From NCBI GenBank assembly GCA_964416335.1, contig CAYQDN010000004.1:518-64517 (forward strand): a DNA stretch of 64,000 nt. The letters run 5' to 3'. Of this stretch, positions 18,062 through 26,337 are shown one piece after another; the first letter of the stretch is position 1, and each line of letters begins with the position of its first letter. Below the pieces are notes generated by a model that saw nothing but the letters and a program-made list of their open reading frames with translations, had not been told where the DNA came from and searched no databases. A program made the translations under genes and the position numbers. This stretch comes from an uncultured Azospirillum sp. (lineage in GTDB: Bacteria > Pseudomonadota > Alphaproteobacteria > CACIAM-22H2).

Positions 18062-18543
18062 GGTGAGGCTTGTTGACGGGAGTTGACCGTCAACGGGTCA
18101 AGCCGCTGATTTTCCCCGCTTTCGTCCGTTGACGTTGACGGCAAAACCGCGTCGTCGAGGACGAGTTCGCAATCCGGATCGGCCATCGGCGGATCTTCCG
18201 CGCGCGGCCGTTCGGGGAAGGTGCGGCCGACCAGGCCGAGCCGGTCGGCAAGCCACAGCGTGACGCGGATATTGCCTGCCATCACCTCGCGCTTGAGCGT
18301 CTCGGCGACTTCGCTGCGCAGACCGTCGATGATGGCGCCCGCCTCGCTGAGGCTGCGTGCGCGGTTGGCGGCGAAGCGTTTGCGGAACGCGTCGGAATCC
18401 TTCATCACCTTCCAGACATTCTGGCGGGTCGTGCCGATCTTGCCGGCGACATGCGAGGTCGAGCAGCCCTCGGCGAGCATCTCGGCCGCGAGCGCCCAGT
18501 CGAGCGGCTTGCGGGTCTTGAGCGGATAGGAATCTTGTGTCAT
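17875..18543 (-). CDS. Small helix-turn-helix protein (putative regulator); 3' extent uncertain, conserved part is about 18140..18543
   Basis: ATG 18543 with GGAGG RBS. DWALAAEMLAEGCSTSHVAGKIGTTRQNVWKVM is an HTH motif. The ORF runs to the stop at 17875, overlapping the CoA-transferase 3' end by 186 nt; the tail is low-complexity and probably an open-frame artefact of the high GC. Confidence 0.5.
   Translation of the reverse strand: MTQDSYPLKTRKPLDWALAAEMLAEGCSTSHVAGKIGTTRQNVWKVMKDSDAFRKRFAANRARSLSEAGAIIDGLRSEVAETLKREVMAGNIRVTLWLADRLGLVGRTFPERPRAEDPPMADPDCELVLDDAVLPSTSTDESGENQRLDPLTVNSRQQASPHPPSETAPLAANDSISAAENPISPSTSRECWPSSGAARVTSAGVSENLTGAPSVFTRPRTG
18073..18141. promoter_or_regulatory. 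Cluster of TTGAC-containing direct/inverted repeats (TTGACGG, TTGACCGTCAA, CCGTTGACGTTGACGG); candidate operator or bidirectional terminator
   Basis: Read from sequence: TTGACGG 18073-18079, palindrome TTGACCGTCAA 18083-18093, CCGTTGACGTTGACGG 18126-18141. Lies between the convergent CoA-transferase and HTH-protein genes. Confidence 0.35.
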
Positions 18544-18612
18544 GATATGCCTCCAACAGTATGAATTACGGTGCTTGTTGAAGGATAATATACCTATCAA
18601 TTGAGCGCGTGT

Positions 18613-18703
18613 CAAGTCGTGGATGCCCGGGACAATCCCGGGCATGACGGAAAAAGCAGAACCCGTCATGCCCGGCGCATGCCGGGCATCCACGACTTTT
18701 GTG
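18613..18703. repeat. REP/BIME-like palindromic repeat, family A, copy 2
   Basis: CAAGTCGTGGATGCCCGGGACAATCCCGGGCATGACGG...CCCGTCATGCCCGGCGCATGCCGGGCATCCACGACTTTTGTG. Sits between the histidine kinase and the HTH gene. Confidence 0.8.
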
Positions 18704-18704
18704 A

Positions 18705-20066
18705 TTAGCCCTGCCGCACCCGCTCGGGCGGGAAATGCAGGCGGATCGTCGTGCCCTGGCCGGGTGCACTCTCGATGGACGCGCGCCCGCCGTGTGCTTC
18801 GACCAGTCCCTTGACGATCGGCAGGCCGAGGCCGCTGCCCTCGATGCCGGTGGAACTTTCGCCGCGCGCGAAGGGCTCGAACAGCGAGGCGGGATCGGAC
18901 GCGGCAATACCCGGGCCGTCGTCGGCGATGACGATGCGCGCCCCGGTCTCGTCGGCCTCGATGCGGACCTCGACATGGCCGTCGTCGCGCCCGAACTTCG
19001 CCGCGTTGCCCAGCACGTTGAGCAGGATCTGGCGCAGGTGGCGCGGGTCGGCGTGGAGGCGCAAGGGCGTGGGTGTGACCAGCGCCACGCGGATGCGCCG
19101 CGTCTCGAGGATCGTGCGCAGCATCGCCAGCACCTCGTGCACGGCGGTGGCGACGTCGATGTCGCGCGGATCGAGCGTCACCTTGCGCGCCTCGATGCGC
19201 GCGAGGTCGAGAAGCTCGTCGCTGAGCTCGATCACATGCCCGGTGGCCGTCAGGATGTGGCCGGCCTGCGTGCGCGTCTGCGGGTTCGTCGTCGTCTCGC
19301 GGATGAGGTCGGCGAAACCCGCGACCGCCCCCAAGGGCGTGCGCACCTCGTGCGCGAGGCGGCGCAGGAATTCGGACTTGGCGTCGCTGGCGTGCTGCTG
19401 CTCGACCAGCGCGGCGGCGAGATGGGCCTGCGCGCGTTCGCCCGTCATCGCCAGCAGCGAGACGATCCACAGCGGTGCGAAGAACACCTGCAGGATCAGG
19501 AAGGCGATCTGCAGCGAGTCGGGCTGCATGAAGTCGGCGCCGGGCGGGAAGAGCCACGTGGCGCCCGCGCGCACCGCGAACAATGTGGCCTGCGTGCCGA
19601 GCAGGCCGGTGGCGAAGAGGCGCGAGGGCAGGGTGCGGTCGCGCGCGAGGTCGCGCACCGTCAGCGCGCACAAGCCCGAACTGCCGAGCGAGACGAAGAC
19701 GATCCGCATCGTGAGGCCGGCCCCGTCGATATACATGGCGCCGAAGGCGGCCGCGAAGGCGGCCAGGAGCGCCAGCGCCACGCGCAGCGGGACGGGCCGC
19801 CCGTCGAAGGCGCGCAAGCCCAGCCAGACGGTGAGGTACATCGACGCGATGACCGTGTTGGCAAGCCAGATCGACACCCAGTCGGGGGCCATGCCGCGCG
19901 CGACGATCAGCAGGATGCCGGCCACGCCCTGGACGGCGGCCCCCGTCCACCAGCGCATCGACGCGTCGCCCGGCCGCTTGCGCGCGGTCAGCACGAGCTG
20001 CACGGCGAGCCCCGCCGTGACGAGGAGAAGGACGAAGATGATGGAGCGGGGGTCGAGGGTGAACAT
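18705..20066 (-). CDS. Sensor histidine kinase (multi-TM N-terminal domain + HisKA + HATPase_c), orphan with no adjacent response regulator
   Basis: ORF 18705..20120. Internal ATG 20066 (MFTLDPRSIIFVLLL). H-box LAHEVRTPLGAV. G1/G2 boxes DDGPGI, GSGLGLPIV. Confidence 0.8.
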   Translation of the reverse strand: MFTLDPRSIIFVLLLVTAGLAVQLVLTARKRPGDASMRWWTGAAVQGVAGILLIVARGMAPDWVSIWLANTVIASMYLTVWLGLRAFDGRPVPLRVALALLAAFAAAFGAMYIDGAGLTMRIVFVSLGSSGLCALTVRDLARDRTLPSRLFATGLLGTQATLFAVRAGATWLFPPGADFMQPDSLQIAFLILQVFFAPLWIVSLLAMTGERAQAHLAAALVEQQHASDAKSEFLRRLAHEVRTPLGAVAGFADLIRETTTNPQTRTQAGHILTATGHVIELSDELLDLARIEARKVTLDPRDIDVATAVHEVLAMLRTILETRRIRVALVTPTPLRLHADPRHLRQILLNVLGNAAKFGRDDGHVEVRIEADETGARIVIADDGPGIAASDPASLFEPFARGESSTGIEGSGLGLPIVKGLVEAHGGRASIESAPGQGTTIRLHFPPERVRQG

Positions 20067-20195
20067 CGCTGCCCGCACAATAGCGCGCGTTGGTAAAGAA
20101 TTTCTATGCGTGTCGCGCAACTAAACTCATTTGCGGCCCTGCCATGCAGGCTTGTATCGCTCGGACCGTCGAAACAGAGCGGACGGAGACGAACC

Positions 20196-21755
20196 ATGGC
20201 GAACGATACGGCGGTCCTTTCCGGCGCACCTGCCGCCCCTGCATCCGCAAGGCGGCTGAGCGAGGACTGGACCTCGGTCGTCGTGGGGCTCGCGGTGCTC
20301 GCCGCGGTGCTGGCGGCCTTCGCGTGGAAATTCGCCGGGCTTGGCGGCATCGTCACGTCCTTCCGCTGGACGACCGAGCAGCAGATCGCGGCGTCGGTGC
20401 CGGGCTGGAACGCGGCCCTGGAAACGATCGGCGCCGATGCCCGGGCGGCGGGCGACGCGAAGACGGCGGGCCTCGCGCGCGGGCTGCAGGACGCGTTTTC
20501 CGCCGGCGACCGCGCCGGGATCGCGGCGGCGGCGGGCCGGCTTGCTTCCCTCGGCGGGCGCACGCTTGCCGGGGCGCTGGGCTCGGAAGTGCGCGGCCAT
20601 GCCGCGGCCGACGGGCCCGCCCGGGTCTTCGCGGCCGAGAACCTGACGCGCGTGCTGTGGGTGGGGGCGGGGCTGCTCGTCTTCGCCGTGGCGGGGATCG
20701 CCCTGATGGGCGGGCGCATCGTGCCCTTCGTGCTCGCCTTCCCGGCGGTGTTCGCGTTGGCGTGGCTGGCGCGCGTGGCGGCGGGCAACGGCCTCTTCGT
20801 CGACTGGGGGATCGAATACATCGTGCTGTCGCTGGCCCTCGGCCTTGCGATCAGCAATTTCCTGGGCCTGCCGGACTGGCTCAGGCCCGCCGTGCAGACC
20901 GAATTCTTCGTCAAGACCGGCCTCGTGATCCTGGGTGCCGGCCTGCTGTTCGACGAGATCCTGCAGGCGGGCGCATTGGGGATCGCGCAAGCGCTGCTCG
21001 TCGTGTTCGTCGTCTGGTACGCGTGCTTCTGGCTGTGCCGGCGCCTGGGCGTGGACGACGAGTTCGCCGCGATGCTGTCTACGGCCGTGTCGATCTGCGG
21101 CGTGTCGGCCGCCATCGCCGCGTGCGGCGCCATCCAGGGCGACAAGAAGAAGCTCTCCTACGTCACCTCGCTCGTCCTCGTCGTCGCCGTCCCCATGATC
21201 GTCGCGATGCCGTGGATCGCCAAGGTGACCGGCATGGACGAGACGGTGGCGGGGGCGTGGCTGGGCGGCACGCTCGACACCAGCGCTTCGGTCGTGGCGG
21301 CGGGTGCATTGATCGGCGAGACCGCGATGAAGACGGGCATCATCGTCAAGTTCTCGCAGAACTCGCTGATCGGGATCGCGGCCTTCGCCCTCGCCATCTG
21401 GTGGGCGCTCAAGGACCAGAAGGCGACGGGCCAGCGCCCGAGTGCGCGCGTGATCTGGGACCGCTTCCCGAAATTCGTCATCGGCTTCACGGCCGTGTCG
21501 CTGGTCTTCTCGTTCCTGCTCGATCCCGCCCCGGTCGCGGGCACCAAAAGCGTGCTGGGCGAACTGCGCGTCTGGTGGTTCGCGCTCGCCTTCGTGTGCA
21601 TCGGGCTCGAAACGCGCTTCGTCGATCTCGTCTCGGCCGGCGGCGGCAGGCCCGCCCTCGCCTTCGTCGCCGCGCAGACGATCAACGTCTTCTGGACGCT
21701 GCTGATCTCCTACCTGCTGTTCGGCGGCGTGTTCTTCCCGGCCCCGGTGCTCTAG
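20196..21755 (+). CDS. YeiH/UPF0324-family putative sulfate exporter (multi-TM)
   Basis: ATG 20196 with GGAG RBS inside ORF 20106..21755. Highly hydrophobic with duplicated halves typical of the YeiH family. Confidence 0.7.
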   Translation: MANDTAVLSGAPAAPASARRLSEDWTSVVVGLAVLAAVLAAFAWKFAGLGGIVTSFRWTTEQQIAASVPGWNAALETIGADARAAGDAKTAGLARGLQDAFSAGDRAGIAAAAGRLASLGGRTLAGALGSEVRGHAAADGPARVFAAENLTRVLWVGAGLLVFAVAGIALMGGRIVPFVLAFPAVFALAWLARVAAGNGLFVDWGIEYIVLSLALGLAISNFLGLPDWLRPAVQTEFFVKTGLVILGAGLLFDEILQAGALGIAQALLVVFVVWYACFWLCRRLGVDDEFAAMLSTAVSICGVSAAIAACGAIQGDKKKLSYVTSLVLVVAVPMIVAMPWIAKVTGMDETVAGAWLGGTLDTSASVVAAGALIGETAMKTGIIVKFSQNSLIGIAAFALAIWWALKDQKATGQRPSARVIWDRFPKFVIGFTAVSLVFSFLLDPAPVAGTKSVLGELRVWWFALAFVCIGLETRFVDLVSAGGGRPALAFVAAQTINVFWTLLISYLLFGGVFFPAPVL

Positions 21756-22903
21756 CGCGACACCAAATCGAGCGGGCGGGCGGAGAGGAGTTCGTTGCCC
21801 GTCTGCGTGACGCGCACCGTCACGCCCGGGCACATCGCCGTGCCGCTGGCCGAATCCATCAGGATCATGTGGAGGAAGAAGACCATGTCGGGCTCGGCGA
21901 TGGCGGGGTTGCCGGCGTAGAACATCGGCCAGTCCATCCAGTTGGGGGCGAACGTGGTGCCCAGCGAATAGCCGCAGGCATTGAGCCGGTGTTCGCCCAT
22001 GCCGGCGGCATCGCAGGTGCGCGCATAGGCCTCGAACACCCGGCCGATGGGTTCGCCCGGCTTGAGGGCCACCCGGCACGCGTCGAGGGCGTCGAGGCAG
22101 ACGGCGTGCATGCGCCGGTGCAGGTCGGAGACGCGCCCGACCGGGATCGTGCGCATCAGGCACGCGTGGTAGTGGCGATGGACGCCGGCGAATTCCAGCG
22201 TGATCTGGTCCTCGGCGCCCAGATGCTTGCGGCCGCTGAAATAGCGGCACAGCAGGGCATCGCGCCCCGAGCCGATGATGAATTCGTTGGCCGGATCGTC
22301 GCCGCCGCCGCGATAGATCGCCCCATGCATCGCCGCGAGGATGTCGCCCTCGAAGGCCCCGGGGGCGATGGTCGCGTGCGCGGCATCGAGGGCGAGGTCG
22401 GCCAACTCGCCCGCGCGGCGCACGTGCGCGATCTCGGCCGCGGATTTCACGACGCGCAGCCGCGTGACGAGGTCCGACGCGTCGACCAGCTTGGCGAAAC
22501 CGTCGAACGCGGCCTCCAGCTTCCGGCCGTTGGCGTGGGTGAGGCCGTAGGCATCGTATTCCGCCCCCAGCCGGCGGCCCGTCAGCCCGAAGCCCGCGAG
22601 GATGTCGCGAAGCTCCTTGGCCGGGTTCGCCCCGTCGCGGTCGACCCAGATGCGGATATCCTCGACGGTCGAGGTGTGGCGCGCCTGGCGCAGGTCGGGG
22701 GCGCGCGTCAGCAGCATGACGCGCCCGTCCGCCCCCAGATAGAGGCACTGGAAGAACACGTAGCCGAACGTGTCGTAGCCGGTCAGGTAGTACATGCTTT
22801 CCTGCCGGAACATCAGCAGCCCGTCGAGGCCGCGGGCCTGCAGGGATGCGGCGGCGCGCGCGCGCCGGGCGGCGAATTCGTCGGGCGTGAAATGCAGGGC
22901 CAT
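21752..22903 (-). CDS. M24-family metallopeptidase (Xaa-Pro aminopeptidase/creatinase-like; ectoine hydrolase-like)
   Basis: ORF 21752..22903. Creatinase N-domain followed by the pita-bread fold (HRHYHACLMRT, GYSLG, FFLHMILMD metal-ligand context). Confidence 0.75.
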   Translation of the reverse strand: MALHFTPDEFAARRARAAASLQARGLDGLLMFRQESMYYLTGYDTFGYVFFQCLYLGADGRVMLLTRAPDLRQARHTSTVEDIRIWVDRDGANPAKELRDILAGFGLTGRRLGAEYDAYGLTHANGRKLEAAFDGFAKLVDASDLVTRLRVVKSAAEIAHVRRAGELADLALDAAHATIAPGAFEGDILAAMHGAIYRGGGDDPANEFIIGSGRDALLCRYFSGRKHLGAEDQITLEFAGVHRHYHACLMRTIPVGRVSDLHRRMHAVCLDALDACRVALKPGEPIGRVFEAYARTCDAAGMGEHRLNACGYSLGTTFAPNWMDWPMFYAGNPAIAEPDMVFFLHMILMDSASGTAMCPGVTVRVTQTGNELLSARPLDLVSR

Positions 22904-22964
22904 GCGTGCTTCTCCTCGAAGGCAACTCTAGCGGGCCCGCGAGGATCGCGCTATCAACGGCTGG

Positions 22965-24074
22965 ATGAAAATCGCCTTCGTCAATCCGAACCCGTCGCAC
23001 GACTACGACGTCGACACGCCGTTCGAGGCCCCGCTGCCCGGCTCGGAATCGGCCCAGATCTATCTGGCGCTTGCTTTGGCCAAGCGCGGGCACGACGTGG
23101 CGCTCTTCACCGGCACCTCGCGCCCCGGCCCGCGCCGCGGGCTGGTGCAGGAACGCTGGAGCGGCAGCCTGCCCGGCGGGTTCGACGCGATCTTCCTCAC
23201 CTCGGCCGCCGACCACGTGGCGCCGTTGCGCGCGGCCCACGGCGACGTGCCGATCTGGGCCTGGCAGCACAACGTGTTCGTGCCCGGCACCGAGGAGGAG
23301 GCGGCGCTGAAGGGCCTCTCCCATCCGCGCGACCGCATCGTGTGCGTCTCGAACTGGCACAAGGCCAACTACGTGGCGCACGGGATCGACGCAACCCGCA
23401 TCGACGTGCTGCGCAACGCGATCGGCCCGCGCTTCGAGACGCTGTTCGCCAAGGGCGAGAGCATCGTCGCGCACAAGAAGGCGCGCGCGGCCTTCACGTC
23501 CGTACCCTACAAGGGGCTCAAGCAGGCGCTCGCCTTCTTCAAGACGCTGCGCACCAGGCGGCCCGAGCTGGTGCTCGACGTGTTCTCGAGCTTCGATTTC
23601 TATCCGCCCAACAACCTGTTCCGCCACCAGACGAGCTGGATGCTGCTGGCGACCGAGGCGAAGACCTCGCCGGGTGTCGCCTATCACGGCAACGTGCCGC
23701 AAGGTACGCTTGCCGAAGCGCTCAAGCGCTCGCTGCTGCTGTTCTATCCCAACGTCGCGTCCGAGACCTCGTCGATCGCGGTGATGGAGGCGATGGCGGC
23801 GGGCTGCGTGGTCATCACGACGGCCCTTGGCGCCCTGCCCGAGACGGTCGGCGAGCACGGCATCCTTGCGCCGGTCGTGGGCAGCAACATCGACCCCGAC
23901 GCCTATGTGAATGCCGCGACCGCCATCGCCGAAGCCTTCATCGCCGGCAACCCGGCCCTCGACGCGCGCCTGCGCCAGCAGGTCGACTGGACCATCGCCA
24001 ACTACCGCTGGGACATCAGGGCGGCCGAGTGCGAGGCGCTGCTGCGCGCGGACCCCTCACCCCGCGACCTATAG
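22965..24074 (+). CDS. Glycosyltransferase family 4 (GT-B fold); last about 7 codons are encoded by the family-B repeat
   Basis: ORF 22965..24074. EX7E-like C-terminal region (SETSSIAVMEAMAAGCVVITT). The stop TAG 24072-24074 lies inside the palindromic element. Confidence 0.75.
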   Translation: MKIAFVNPNPSHDYDVDTPFEAPLPGSESAQIYLALALAKRGHDVALFTGTSRPGPRRGLVQERWSGSLPGGFDAIFLTSAADHVAPLRAAHGDVPIWAWQHNVFVPGTEEEAALKGLSHPRDRIVCVSNWHKANYVAHGIDATRIDVLRNAIGPRFETLFAKGESIVAHKKARAAFTSVPYKGLKQALAFFKTLRTRRPELVLDVFSSFDFYPPNNLFRHQTSWMLLATEAKTSPGVAYHGNVPQGTLAEALKRSLLLFYPNVASETSSIAVMEAMAAGCVVITTALGALPETVGEHGILAPVVGSNIDPDAYVNAATAIAEAFIAGNPALDARLRQQVDWTIANYRWDIRAAECEALLRADPSPRDL

Positions 24075-24158
24075 GTCGCGCCTCTCCCGCAAGGGGAGAG
24101 GGGACACGACCGTGCTTGCCGCTCCCTCTCCCGCTTGCGGGAGAGGGTGGGGTGAGGG
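24053..24158. repeat. Nested-palindrome repeat, family B, copy 1 (CCCCTCACCCC...GGGGTGAGGG outer arms; internal CTCTCCCGCAAGGGGAGAG hairpins)
   Basis: Three hairpins nested inside an outer 10-bp inverted repeat. Second copy at 45947..46083. Confidence 0.75.
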
Positions 24159-24390
24159 AGCGATGTAGTATCTCAGTATTTGTCAAAACGCGGTGCAGCT
24201 GACACCAGCTGTGGTTGACTTGGAATAGAATTTATCCTATACAGGGTTTTGGCGATTCAGTGTTCGCCTGCGTGCCCGCGTTCGCGAAGCCGTTATCGGC
24301 AACACGTTGATCTAAGCGTTCTCACCTCACGCCCCGTGGCGTGCTTGCGGGCAAGCATCCGGTTTCGGGGCGAAGACAGGGGAGGCGCAA

Positions 24391-24969
24391 ATGCGTCCGT
24401 CCATTGAGTTCTTGAAGCGGCAGGCTAAGAAGCTTGTCAAGTCGTCCGGCGTTTCGCATTCAGAAGCGCTTGATGCTGCTGCAAAGTCTTACGGCTTTGG
24501 CAATTGGTCCCAGCTGATGAATGCATTGCCGCAGGGACTGCAAGTCGAGCCGCAGATTTCCGGGGCGTTGACTTCAATCAAGACAGTTTTGAGCGCTGAG
24601 CCGCATCTGAGTGCTTTCGGATTTGGCGTATTCGACGGTCGGCGCAAGTCGTCAACTCAGATCGCAATCGAATTGGCGAAAGCTCGTGAGAATACGCTTA
24701 CGGAAGATAACGCATCGCAGTTCGAACGTTGCTGCCGCTGGCTCAGCATGGTGAAGCGGCGTGCAAGTATCAACTCGAACGTTGGGTCGAGTTACGGACT
24801 TAAGCATCAGGTTGAAAACTATTGGGCCAAACACTTCCCTGATGAAGATCGCTACATTGCGAATGGAATGTTCATCATTGCAGCCATTCATCTCGGCTTT
24901 AAGTTCAAGCGGATCGATGATGGACCGAACGCCTACTTCAATATCTCGTCGAAGGCGCCGCCCAGCTAG
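24391..24969 (+). CDS. Hypothetical protein (192 aa) in a low-GC islet (about 50% GC vs about 67% background)
   Basis: Strong RBS AGGGGAGG 6 nt before ATG. Codon usage is unlike the neighbours. N-terminal LKRQAKKLVK...SHSEALDAAAKSYGFGNWSQL motif. No recognisable catalytic motif. Confidence 0.55.
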   Translation: MRPSIEFLKRQAKKLVKSSGVSHSEALDAAAKSYGFGNWSQLMNALPQGLQVEPQISGALTSIKTVLSAEPHLSAFGFGVFDGRRKSSTQIAIELAKARENTLTEDNASQFERCCRWLSMVKRRASINSNVGSSYGLKHQVENYWAKHFPDEDRYIANGMFIIAAIHLGFKFKRIDDGPNAYFNISSKAPPS

Positions 24970-25062
24970 AGGTGGCGCACAGGTTGTTTTCGTCTTGGAA
25001 TGCGTGCGGAAGTTCAAATAGAATTCGAGCCGACGTTCACCTTCCGGACAAAGGAAACAGCG

Positions 25063-25299
25063 ATGCTTGCGAGCCTCTATGTGGTCATAACGGTCGCGTC
25101 CATGTCGTATGGCGGCTTCTACATCGAGTCCGTCTCTTCATGGTCGACGGACCTTGCCACGCTCGAAGCCTGCCAGAAGGCTGGTGCCCGGGTGCTCGAG
25201 CAGAAGACGCAGTTCCGCTACGAAACCCGCACCGCACACTGTATCGACAAGCAGACGGGCGAGCTCGTGACACTCGAAAAGCCGGTCGCCGCCAAATAG
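25063..25299 (+). CDS. Small hypothetical secreted/membrane protein (78 aa) in the same low-GC islet
   Basis: AAGGAAACAGCG-ATG RBS. N-terminal hydrophobic segment MLASLYVVITVASMSYGGF. Two Cys residues (possible disulfide). Confidence 0.5.
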   Translation: MLASLYVVITVASMSYGGFYIESVSSWSTDLATLEACQKAGARVLEQKTQFRYETRTAHCIDKQTGELVTLEKPVAAK

Positions 25300-25353
25300 G
25301 GTCGCCCGTCATTTCGGCCGCCGCCGAAACGTCCGCGCCGTTTTCCTGCTAGA

Positions 25354-26073
25354 TTGCCGTGCATGAAGGAAGGTCCCGACATCGCGGGTCTCGCCGCCCT
25401 GATCGGCGATCCGGCGCGCGCCAACATGCTGGGGGCGCTGATGGCCGGCAAGGCGCTGACGGCGGGCGAGCTTGCGCTTGAGGCGGGCGTCACGCCGCAG
25501 ACCGCCAGCGGGCATCTTTCGCGCCTCGTCGCGGCGGGGCTGCTGCTGGTGGAAGTGCAGGGGCGCCACCGTTACTACCGGATTGCCGGGCCGGACGTTG
25601 CCGAAGCGCTGGAAACGCTCGACGTGCTCGCCGCGCGCACCGGCCGGCTGCGCGCGCGTCCGGGCCCCAAGGACGCCGCCACGCGCGAAGCGCGCCGCTG
25701 CTACGACCATCTGGCAGGCACGCAAGGGGTCGCGATGTTCGATGCGCTGTTGCGCAACGGCGATATCGCGCACGGCCCCGACGGGCTTGGCCCCAGTGCG
25801 AACGGGCGCGCACGCTTCGTCGCCGAGGGGATCGACATGGCGGATCTCGAATCCCGCCGCCGGCCGCTGTGCCGCGCGTGCCTCGACTGGAGCGAGCGAA
25901 GGCCGCATCTGGCGGGGTCGCTGGGGGCGGCCCTGATGACGATGATGGTCAAGCGTGGCTGGACGAAACCCGACCCCAAGGGGCGTGCCATGCATTTCAC
26001 CGACAAGGGCCGCGCCGCGTTCGACGCGTTCCTTCGGCCGGCGGCGAAACAACCGGCCCGCGCGCGCGGCTAG
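25354..26073 (+). CDS. ArsR/SmtB-family transcriptional regulator with C-terminal extension
   Basis: ORF 25354..26073. ALMAGKALTAGELALEAGVTPQTASGHLSRLVAAGLLLVEVQGRHRYYRI is a winged-HTH ArsR signature. Confidence 0.75.
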   Translation: MPCMKEGPDIAGLAALIGDPARANMLGALMAGKALTAGELALEAGVTPQTASGHLSRLVAAGLLLVEVQGRHRYYRIAGPDVAEALETLDVLAARTGRLRARPGPKDAATREARRCYDHLAGTQGVAMFDALLRNGDIAHGPDGLGPSANGRARFVAEGIDMADLESRRRPLCRACLDWSERRPHLAGSLGAALMTMMVKRGWTKPDPKGRAMHFTDKGRAAFDAFLRPAAKQPARARG

Positions 26074-26103
26074 TCTTTCCCCATCATCGGATGGAGGAAA
26101 GAC

Positions 26104-26337
26104 ATGCACGCGACGCTCACCGCCGGTCCCATCGAGACCGCATTCCAGCTCTTCGTCGCCGCGACCCGGCTTCTCGACCGCGCCCTGCTTGCGGCATTCG
26201 CCGCGATATGGGCCGTGCAGGCGCGCGCGCGCGAACGGGCACTGCTTGCCTCGCTCGACGCGCGTGCGCTTGCCGACATGGGGATCACGCGCTGCGACGT
26301 GATGTGCGAACTGGAAAAGCCGTTCTGGCGGGACTAG
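26104..26337 (+). CDS. DUF1127 domain-containing small protein
   Basis: GGAGGAAAGAC-ATG RBS. C-terminal LASLDARALADMGITRCDV matches the DUF1127 motif. Confidence 0.65.
   Translation: MHATLTAGPIETAFQLFVAATRLLDRALLAAFAAIWAVQARARERALLASLDARALADMGITRCDVMCELEKPFWRD

Noticed and set aside
20066-20120. Longer N-terminus for the histidine kinase (start at 20120)
   Set aside because: The codon at 20120 is TTG with no RBS. An ATG at 20066 begins directly at the first TM helix. Confidence is only moderate.
24652-25017. Antisense ORFs within the low-GC islets (24652..25017 -, 39424..40074 -)
   Set aside because: They mirror the sense ORFs, lack ribosome-binding sites, and have no hydrophobicity or motif pattern. 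The sense-strand ORFs have strong RBSs.
24160-25345. Integrase, transposase or tRNA flanking the low-GC islets, which would mark a classical genomic island or IS
   Set aside because: No integrase/transposase-like ORF and no tRNA-like sequence was found in or near either islet. The only flanking repetitive DNA is the palindromic element, so a conventional mobile-element call is not supported.
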